A DNA stretch of 64,000 bases, from NCBI GenBank assembly GCA_951406725.2, contig OX597823.1, positions 16,926,001-16,990,000 of the forward strand, written 5' to 3'. Source of the stretch: Octopus vulgaris. Taxonomy: Eukaryota. A program made the translations under genes and the position numbers. Shown in pieces: positions 51,965-63,100 of this stretch (position 1 is its first letter; each line of letters begins with the position of its first letter). The notes under the pieces were generated by a model, which made no database searches, was not told the origin of the DNA, and was given only the letters and a program-made list of their open reading frames with translations.

Positions 51965-54900
51965 AACTAAATCGCACCCTATCATCTTAAAGAAAGAGGG
52001 CTATATTGGATAATGCAATTCAAAACTCTACTATGTTTGATATCAAGATGGGATGGCCAACACCTGACATATGTTTGACCAAACGAGCTCTAGCTCAGGA
52101 TTCACCTGGAGCTAAACAACAACAACAACAACAACAATAATATTGCTGTGAACAATAATTACAATCGGTACATGTCTTTAGTATTAACAAAGACGACTCT
52201 TTCAAAATACAATGGAAATATCAAGTGTAAAATGAAATTACCTGCATTTGATCAGGTTTCAGTATACCTAAGTGACCCTGCAACAGATGGGAAGAGAATC
52301 ACTATTTACTGAGGAAAATAACAAATAAACACGAAAATGAAATAGCATGATTATGGTAGGGTGCTAATGAGTAACAAGATGGTGGAGAATACAATTAAAT
52401 AAAAGTAGAATACTCAAGGTTTAGTAAGTCAGTGGGATATGCAATTAAATAGGAGTGGAGTACTTAAAGTTAAATAACTTAGTAGAGTAGACAGGAGCAG
52501 GAGTGGCTGTGTGGTAAGTAGCTTGCTAACCAACCACATGGTTCCGGGTTCAGTCCCACTGCGTGGCATCTTGGGCAAGTGTCTTCTGCTATAGCCCCGG
52601 GCTGACCGATGCCTTGTGAGTGGATTTGGTAGACGGAAACTGAAAGAAGCCTGTCGTATATATATGTATATATATATATATATAAGTGTGTGTGTATATG
52701 TTTGTGAGTCTGTGTTTGTCCCCCTAGCATTGCTTGACAACCGATGCTGGTGTGTTTACATCTCCGTCACTTAGCGGTTCGGCAAGAGAGACTGATATTC
52801 TTACAAAGAATAAGTCCCGGGTCGATTTGCTCGACTAATGGCGGTGCTCCAGCATGGCCGCAGTCAAATGACTGAAACAAGTGAAAGGGAAAAGAAAGAG
52901 AGTAAAGAGACAGTCAAATAAGTGTGGAGTACTCATAGCTATGTGAAGGCGCATGGCTCAGTGGTTAGAGCGTCGAGCTTACGATCGTGAGGTTGTGAGC
53001 TCGAATCCTGGAGCAGGCTGCATGTTGTGTTCTTGAGCAAGACACTTTATTTCACGTTGCTCCAGTTCACTCAGCTGTAGAAATGAGTTGCGACGCCACA
53101 GGTGCCAAGCTGTATCGACCCTTGCCTTCCTGGTGGCATGGAGAGGGGAGGCCAGTAAGCATGGGCGACCACTCATCTTCCATACACAACCTTGTCCGGA
53201 CTTGTGCCTGGGAGGGTAACTTTCTAGGTGTAATCCCATGGTCTGTGTTGTGACCGAAGGGGTTCTCAGAACTCATAGCTAAATAAGATGGTAGATTATA
53301 CAGAAGGGCAAAGTACTCATGGCTGAATAACAGTGGATACACAAAGTTAAATAAATAGAATATACGTAACTAAGTAAGGTAGTGAATTGGCCATAGTTAC
53401 ATATGGGTATACATAGTTATAGAAGATAGTGGAGTACTCACAGTTCATTAAGATAGCCTAGTACTCATAGCTATATAAGGTGGAAGAATATTCTTCATTA
53501 TACACGACAATGGAGTAAACTTAGTAATATAACATAGCTGCAGGTGAGTGTTGTAGATGAGAACCTTCAAACAAGCTATTTCTCAAACTCTTGTTTTATT
53601 TCTGGTTGAGCTTTTTCACATATTCCTAACATTTATAATTTCAGACACAACGAAAGACAGATTCCCCAATGAAGTATAACTGATTATGAAGGGTCAAGTA
53701 ATTGATTCTGTTTATCAAATATGAAACATGTGACACATCATCATCATCATCGTTTAACGTCCGCTTTCCATGCTAGCATGGGTTGGATGGTTAACAACTG
53801 GGGTCTATAGCCAAAAAATTGCAAAAAAATGCATTAAAAATGGGAAAAAAATTATGGTAAGTTTTTTTTAAATCGTCAGATCTGGCAGTGTTTCTACAGC
53901 TGCTGCCCTTCCTAACGCCAACCAAAATCCGTGAGTGTAGTGGGTGCTTTTAATGTGCCACCAACACAGGTGCCAGATGAGGCTGGCGAACGGCCACGCT
54001 CGGATGGTGTTTTTTTTATGTGCCACGGACACGTTTTTAATTTAAATATCCACCCAGTGGTAGAATCATGTATAAGTTGTGAGTTGGAAGCTTAATATGG
54101 TAGAGCATAAGTTTAATAAAGAGTAGAGTACTCACAGTTAAGTAGGATGGTGGAGTATACAGTTACGCAAGAAGGGAATACTTTTAGTTAAATAAGATGA
54201 TTCAGTTCAATAAGAGTTCGTACACTGATCATCTGATGCAGTTTTGCAGTCAACACCAGAATAAGAATTGACTAAGACGCTTGACAACTCAGAATCTAAG
54301 ATTAAGTCCTAGAACAGCTTCCTTATTGCTTTTCAGGAACCTGGGATAATATAGTGTGATAACAATACTTACCAAACTCCCATCCATCATTTCTGCTTGT
54401 AGTGTCCACCGAGAACCCTATTAAAATAATGAATAAAAAAAAGTTAAAGGTCGTTTTTTAAAAATAATTTAAATAAATATATAAACAAATATTCTGTATA
54501 CTAAGAGAAAAGTCCTGTTATTGTTGCCCTCTCTGCTTACTATGCTCCTTGGGTTTTGGTGTACCCTAATCAGTTGGTGACCCCTTTATTTTGTATAAAT
54601 TACTATACTCTTTACTCTTTTACTTGTTTCAGTCACTTGACTGCAGCCATGTTGGAGCACCACCTTTAGTCGAGCAAATCGACCCAGGGACTTATTCTTT
54701 GTAAGCCCAGTACTTATTCTATCGGTCTCTTTTGCCAAACTGCTAAGTGACGGGGATGTAAACACACCAGCATTATATGATGGGCTTCTTTCAGTCTCCG
54801 TCTACCAAATCCACTCACAAGGCATTGGTCGGCCCGAGGCTATAGCAGAAGACACTTGCCCAAGATGCCACGCAGTGGGACTGAACCCGGAACCATGTGG

Positions 54901-56370
54901 TTGGTTAGCAAGCTACTTACCACACAGCCACTCCTGCGCCTCCTATAGCATAATATAATTTGTATCTACCCCAGTAGATATATTTGTAGAAGATTCAGTT
55001 ACGATGTTTAAATAACAAAACTAGTATCTATTTCCTAGCAGTGCATAATTTCCATCTATGGAGCTCTGGGTTATGGGCCCAGCATGCATCCAGAGCACCA
55101 CTCTGCTCAACGAGTGATTAAGCAAATATATAATGTGTTATTTCTTTTACTGTCTGTTCTGGGTGTCATTACTTCTGTTACATCCATCCATCATATGTTA
55201 TTTATTTACATATATTGGACTGTTTCAAGTGTTTGAAATATAATAACTACACAACACATGTTGCAGCACTGGGATATTAATTTACTGACTCAAAGGCGAC
55301 ATTTCACTTCCAAGAGTCACATTTGACAATCCACACACATAGATCTGTGCACTGAAAATTTTTCCAGTGTCTTTTTATTTGCCATTTTTAGATCAGCTAG
55401 AAGGAAATCAATCCTATGAAATGTTTCCTCAGTGCATTATAGCAAGCAGTTAATAATAATTAATATATATTTCTTTACTACCCACAAGGGGCTAAACACA
55501 GAGGGGACAAACAAGGACAGACAAAGGGATTAAGTCAATTACATCGACCCCAGTGTGTAACTGGTACTTAATTTATCGACCCCGAAAGGATGAAAGGCAA
55601 AGTCGACCTCGGCGGAATTTGAACTCGGAACGCAATGACAGACGAAATACGGCTACGAATTTCGCCCGGCGTGCTAACGTTTCCGCCAGCTCGCCGCCTT
55701 TTTAATAATTAATAATTAATATACTGTAATTATCATATGTAACATTGGTTCATAGCATTTTATGAACAACACATTACATATAATATCTATAGTATATATA
55801 CTAAGCAAACGAGAGAATCTGCAGAGTTTATGACACAGCTAGAAATAGTAACCAAACCCCTCCCTTAAATCACATCATACTATCTTAAGGATAGGACACA
55901 TTAGATAATATGTCTTTCATATCACTGAAAAGAAGAGATGGTCATGGCTGGAATGCCCTTGATCAATTATCTCCTTGACTAGGGTTGACATGAGGTTAAA
56001 CAACAACACATATTAGCAATGACTTTTTCTGTATGTCTACCCAAGGTAATATTTTTTAACTTTGTACTGTTGTTTATATCTATGTTAGAAATAGCAGACA
56101 AATCTCCCTCAAATCATAGCTTGCCATCTTTAAAAGAAGAAGGTCAAGTATCAACTAATTTAATAAAGTGATATCATTTTTACAGTTCTACTTGTTCCAA
56201 ATGATAGGTAATTATTGGAGAAAAAAGTTAATAGCTGGAGAGGAAAATCATACCTGTTGATCAAAGAGTGCCCAAAATAGTGGAACTGGTAAAAACATGA
56301 CGAGAAGACGCAAAAGGCATTTTATATCTTCCACAAAGACAGCCTAGAAATATAAAGGATATGTGTGTAT

Positions 56371-56419
<49 letters not shown>

Positions 56420-57123
56420 ATGTAGGATAAAATTTTTTTTATCAATTGCCAGCATATTAAAAAATACCTTTAAAGGTTAAAATTATAAACAACTTATAAA
56501 TAAGGGCAAACGAAAAAATTTCTAATGCCAAATATGCCGAAAATTGGACATATTGTCCATTACCATTATATGGTAATGGACAATATGTCCAATTTTCGGC
56601 ATATTTGGCATTAGAAATTTTTTCGTTTGCCCTTATTTATAAGTTGTTTATATATATATATATATGTATATACATACACATATATATAAGTCAGTATGAA
56701 TATATAAAACAGTGAGGATTAAAATAATGTGTACATTAATTTTTAAGACATTCCTGCAAACTTAAATGTGAAGGCCATTCATTGCACTTTCAATTTTCAA
56801 TTTGGCTGCAATCACTTTCTCTAACTCGATCCCCAGGATGGAGCAATAATAATTTTGTTGAACTTAAAGAATGCATTCAGTTAGCAGTGCAGGAGATAAC
56901 TCCTGAAATGATTCAAAATGTGTTGCACAACGCTAAGGACAAATCTGAAATTTGCAGGAATACATACAGAACACATGTTGAAAATTTTCAATAAAGTTTT
57001 GACATAAGATTTAGGAATCAATTTGTTTTGTTATTATAATTAAGTAATAAACAAAACTCTGTCAGTTTTTAAAAAAAATTTCCCCATTTCATTGAAATAG
57101 ATAATTAATTTCAAGACAAATTG

Positions 57124-57159
<36 letters not shown>

Positions 57160-60100
57160 AGAGAAGAAAGGATAACAATTTTCATGCAGAAATACTTACA
57201 TCATATTTATCCAAACCTGCATCAAGCCAATGAGGGTGAGTTGGTGTGTTACTGCGACGCAGAACCCAGTATTGTCTGATTGAATACTGAGACGAAAAAA
57301 AAGAAAAAATAATGATTGATAAACATTGATATAAAACCCCAAAATATGTAAGGCAGGAGTATTTGAATTACCAGACTTTCAGTTTCATCTGGAGAGATGA
57401 AAAGCAAAGTGAATTTCAATAGAATTTGAGCAGAAAATTAAAGCACTTAATTAAATATTGCCTGATGCTCCAATAGTTGTACGAGCTACCACTAATAACT
57501 AAAATTATTATTATTATTTATTATCATTATTATTATTATTATTATTTATTAATAATAATAATAATAAAAATAATAATAATAATAACAATAATAATAATAA
57601 TAATATAAGGTTGTCCCAAAAGTTCATAGAAAGTCTTGGAAAATAATGGTCTTTATTTTAAGGAATAATTTTTGTTGTTTTTGTTAGTACTTGGCGAGTA
57701 AAAATTCAATTTTCGCAAGTGTTTACGAACTTTTGGGACAACCTAATAATAATAATAATAATAACAATGGTTTCAAATTTTGCCATAAGGGCAGCCATTT
57801 TGGGGGAGGGGATGAGTTGATTACATTGACCCCCAAAAGGGATGAAAAGTTGATCTCGGTGGTATTTAAACTCAGAACATAGCAGCAGGTGAACTAATAA
57901 TAATTTTTTCTTTATTAACCACTGAGAGTTCACATAAAAGATTGGGGACGGTACTGTATAATACAAAACGAGTGGGGTTGGGAATGTGTAAATAAAGAAA
58001 AACAATAAAAGTTATAACAATTAAATCCCCAAAAGAGGGAGACTTCCAAGGGCTGCTTGTGGGAACCCCACAAAATCCTCGATCACTCTGACCTCTAGGA
58101 CAAGTGCCCTCTCCTCTTCATCAAATTTTAATCTAGAACCACATGCTTAGAATAGGCCCATTCAGTTGGGCCATTTACACTATATTCACCAGCTTTTTGA
58201 CAAAATTGTTGGGAGGCAGCTGTTCCCACTCTACCCTCACTTTCCCTTTGAAGTGGTACTTGAAAAAGTTGATGAGGGGTTGCCCGAAGAGGAAAGTGTC
58301 TGTCTTTAGCCCTTTCAACCTGGTCCACCACACAACCTCTTTCACTAAGGCCACTAGACAAAGAAACACTGCCTGCCCTTCCTGGCCAAAGGAAGATGGC
58401 AGGGCGATCTTTACAATGGATTCGGCTAATAGCCAGATTTGTCCTACACACGAGAGAAGTGTTCAACAGTAACCTGCAAGTCAGCAATGCTCAGGTACTG
58501 GAAGAGAGCATGCAGAACAGTTTCATCACTCTGCATGCACCTCAAGGAGGCCTGGCTAACTGCACTTCCATGCCTGTAGAGTTCATCCCGAACCGGCAAT
58601 GCTCCTCAGTAACACTGCCAGGCCAGGGATACCTGGAAATTATCCATAGGCCCCAGCCCAAGAGTTCTCTGGAACAGACCAACCAACTCATTCTCGACAA
58701 CCTCCAGAGTTTTCCTGAGAACATAATCACACTTGCCTGCCACCAGCCCTGTATAGAAAGCCTGAGTGGAACTTCCATTGACCATATTGTCTGACTGACA
58801 GAGGGCCTTAAGCACCTAACAACACTCTAGCTGTTAGGCAGCCTGCCTTGGTCTACGCTTGGTCCAGGATTGCAGCTCGGTCAAAGAGACGAGCTGTGGG
58901 AAATCATGTCTGACAAAAGACGACCACACCTGCTCACCGTTTAGGAAGCACAAGAGATGTCATAGCCTAAGAGCATGTCTGGGCATCAACAGCCACGGCA
59001 CACCCAACCCTCGATTCAGTGGGTGTTGACAACAAAAGATGCATCTGACTAATGGAACATGTCCCTTGCACAGGAAGCAGAAGAGTATGTGCTCCAGTTT
59101 GGTCGGGCATAAACTGGGGCAAACCATGATGGTCAGGCTCGAATCGGCCTTTCAGTGATAGCTTGCTCTCAACCTATTTCTGAGTGAGACTGGCCACCCT
59201 ACTTGTCACCTTGTCCCAGTTCTTTTCCACCTGGAGATCTGGACCAAACCAAATCCCAAGCAGTTTAACTGGTCCTTCTGTCCAGCATCCTATGACCCTT
59301 TTTGGATGGCATGGACCTGTCTCTTCAGGTGTCGAGCTGCAGGCCCACTGACTTTTTCTGATTAATTTTTCTTCCTGTCACCACCTTGTATTCTTTAAGA
59401 GCAGTGCCAACCAGGTCAGTGTGCTTGCGGTTCAACACTATCATGGTGATGTCATCCATGTATGACAACACAGTTCTCCTATGTCCTAATAACAATTGTT
59501 TCAAGTTTTGGAACAAGGTTAGTAATTTTGAAGGGAGGAGACAAGTCAATTACACTGAACCCAGTCCTTGACTGGTAATCTATTTTATCAACCCTGAAAG
59601 ACTAAAAGGCAAAGTTGCTCTTGGCAAGATTTGAACATAATGACTCAGAAGAAATGCTACTAAGCATATTGTGAAGTGCTAATGATTTTGCCAGCTTGCC
59701 ACCTAAATAACAACAACAATAATCCTTTCTATTATAGGCACAAGGCCTGAAATTTTGGAGGAGGGGGGTCTAATCAATTAGACTGACCCTGAAAGGATGA
59801 AAAGCAAAGCCAACCTCAGTAGAATTTGAACTCAGAATATGAAGATGGATAGAATGCTATTAGATAGATATCTATTAGTTCAATGTCAGTAAGAGAGTTG
59901 AATCAATATAATACCAGACAATCACTCAGCAGTGTGTGAAGGCAACATATTGTGAACGAATGCATTCTGTCACCAATGGATAAGTCCACCTAAATCTAAG
60001 TAGGTACCACTGGTAGTATAAATCCTACACTGCAAGCAGTAACAGTATAGTAGAATTAACAAGTATTTTGTTGACTTCAAGTGCCGAGTTCCATCCTAAA

Positions 60101-63100
60101 CTAACATCCTGTCATCATCATTTAACGTCTGCTCTCCATGCTGGCATGGGTTGGACGGTTCGACCGGGGATCTGGGAAGCCAGAAGGCTGCACCAGGCTC
60201 CAGTCTGATCTGGTAGTGTTTCGACGACTGGACGCCCTTCCTAACGCCAACCACTCTGTGAGTGTATTGGGTGCTTTTTACATGCCAGGCAAGGCTGGCA
60301 ACGACCACGATCGGAATGGTGCTTTTTACGTGCCACCGGCATGGAAGCCAGTCAAGGCAGCGCTGGCATTGGCCACATTCGGATGGTGCTTTTTACGTGC
60401 CACCGGCACAGGTGCCAGGCAAGGCTGGCAATGGCCACGATCGGATTGGTGTTTTTTACGTGCCACCGGCATGGAAGCCAGTCAAGGCGGCGCTGGCATC
60501 GGCCACATTTGGATGGTGCTTTTTACGTGTCACCGGCACGGAAGCCAGTCTAGGCGGCACTGGCATCGGCCACATTCAGATGGTGCTTTTTACGTGCCAC
60601 CGGCACAGGGATTGGCACCGGCGGAGTGAAGAATTTCTTTCATTATTTAATGCTATGGGATAAGGAGGTAAACGCTGGTTTTATTGATCTTCCAAATTTG
60701 AGCAAAAATTATAAGAAAAGACATGACAGATGTTCTAAACAGAAGGTTAAGTTATTGACTGAACTAACACAACCAACCATTTCAGGAATATCTAAAACAA
60801 AATCCTAATTTCCAATGTTTCCAATACAAAAAAAAAAAAAAAAATCTTAGTAAGACTAACAGCACTGTAAGTCTACAGTGAAATAAATAAAAATCTATTT
60901 ATACTTACAAACACACAATGGCAAACTTTACTTAATAAATGTCCAGTTGGAGGAACCTTTTTATATTTCTTGTTACCAGCAATGAAAAACACTGAAATGG
61001 CAAGAAGCTTTGGTCAATAGATATAATATATATGTATATTTGTCTTAGTCTCTCTCTCTCTCTCTCTCTCTCTCAGTTACACAGTCAGAGTTTAACGTAA
61101 CAGTTATGGATTATTACCTGGTAGGCCACACTGACGAGGCTCAGGGTTTAAACACCCAAAAGCCGAAACCTGGTTTGTGGATATGCCTAATAGCATAATA
61201 TTTTTATTTGTGCTGTTAAGTGTTTTAATTCTTTCTGTTTTCTTCGCATACTGTTTTTCTTTGTTATCTTGGTGCTCTATGGTGGATAAATTTAAGACCT
61301 TAGCTCTTATTTCTAGCAGGTGGATGCTTGTTAAGCATCCTTACGCTTCATGCAAATTTATAATTCATAGCTATTTAATGCTATTGCGCCTGCGACCCAC
61401 CTATGTCACTGCTGGTAATATCATCAATTTTAAAATTTATCCACAGATGATATGAACAGTAGTGACATCTGATTTCAAATCTCAAGATTTGAATGTTTTG
61501 CTTATATATATATATATGTATATATAAAATATCATCATTATCATTTAACATTTGTTTTTCATGCTGGCATGGTTTAGACGGTTTCACTGGAACTGGTATA
61601 CTGGAGGGCTGCACCAGATTCCAGTCTGATCTGGCAGTGTTTCTACAGCTAGATGCCCTTCATAATGCCAACCACTCCAAGAGTGTAATGAGTACTCTTT
61701 TATGTGCCACTGGCACGGGTGCCAGTTATGTGACACTGGCATCGACTGTGACTATGATTTCACTTGGCTTGACAAGCCTTCTCAAGCACAGCATATTGCC
61801 AAAGGGCTCAGTCACTTGTCATCGCCTCCGTGAGGCCCCGACATTCGAAGATCATGCTTCGTCACCTTGTCCCATCTCTTCCTGGGTCTACCTATCCTAC
61901 AGGTTCTCTCTACAAGTTAGAGACTGCATTTCTTTACACAGCTGTCTTCAAACCTAGGCTGGCCTGGAGTTAAAAAAAACAACAACGGCTGCAACAACCC
62001 ATCAAAGCCTGCAGGTATACAAGAATAGATTGGAAAGAAGAGAAATCAATATTTTCAGACTCCTACACTGCAGTTTACATGATAAACCTCTGCATGTTGG
62101 AGTCTTACATTTAGCAGGCTTGTAATGATTTGCACCTACATGTTTCATCAACTATAAATGTGCCATAAATCTGTTCAAAGAGGGCTGACCGAGGCTACTT
62201 AACAACAACAACAACGACAAGACGAATACTTACACAGAGCTATAATCATTAAGACGGCAGGAACACCAAAAGCCAATGTGTAACAATCACCACCAAAACA
62301 CTTGACATCAGCTGTAAAAGGATAAAAAAGACAAAATGAATTTAATGTCAATTATGTCAAAATTTCACTGAGAGAGAATGTGGAGTTTCAAACTGCACAA
62401 AATGTGAAAGAGACCTGGATAGATCAAAACTACAGCAGTTCAGTTTTACAACCTAGATTTTCTTCCTTTAGGGTTGGTCCCAAATTTTGTTTCAGAGTAA
62501 AAGTGCTGTGAAGTAATTGCTTTTATAAAATTTCACTCACAAGGGTTTGGTTGACCTAACATTATCAGCATCAACATTTGATGTCCGCTCTTCCACGCTT
62601 GTATGGATCAGATGGAATTTGATGAGGCAGACTTTCTACAACTGGGTGCCTTTCCTGTCGTCCACCTGTTTCCAGGCAAGCTAATATATTCCCATAGCCT
62701 GACATGTTTTTCATGGAAGACTGGAATCAAGCAACCTTGCTTGTATGACAATGATGCTCATTTACGACCATTATGTTATATCTAGACAAAGATACATACA
62801 AGCGCACATACATGCATATACATGTGTGCGTGAGTGTGTGAGAGAGAGAGAGAGAGAGAGATGAGCTTCTTTCAGTTTTTATCTATCAAATCCACTCACA
62901 AGGTTTTGAATGACCCAAGCCTATAGTAGAAGACAGCTGCCCAAGGTGCCATGCAGTGGGACTGAACCCATGACCACATGGTTGTAAAGCAAGTTTCTTA
63001 ACCAAATGGGCACGCCTGTGGAAAACCCTTACCCCAAATTCCATTGGCAAGATTGAAAGTTGATGAAAATAGACCATGTGATTGAAAAGCAAACTTGTTA

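Larger units (their letters stand above)
52360..53520 (+). repeat. Old ~28-30-bp minisatellite (GAGTACTCATAGTTAAATAAGATGGTG-like), interrupted by SINEs; resumes at about 54050-54210
   Basis: Recurrent AGTACTCAYAGYTAAATAAG units. Confidence 0.6.

Noticed and set aside
60138-60663. Recurring ORFs such as CHRHGSQ.. / FYVPPA.. that look like a repeat-protein family or a CRISPR-like array
   Set aside because: They are translations of family D tandem units; there are no unique spacers, splice signals or cas genes.
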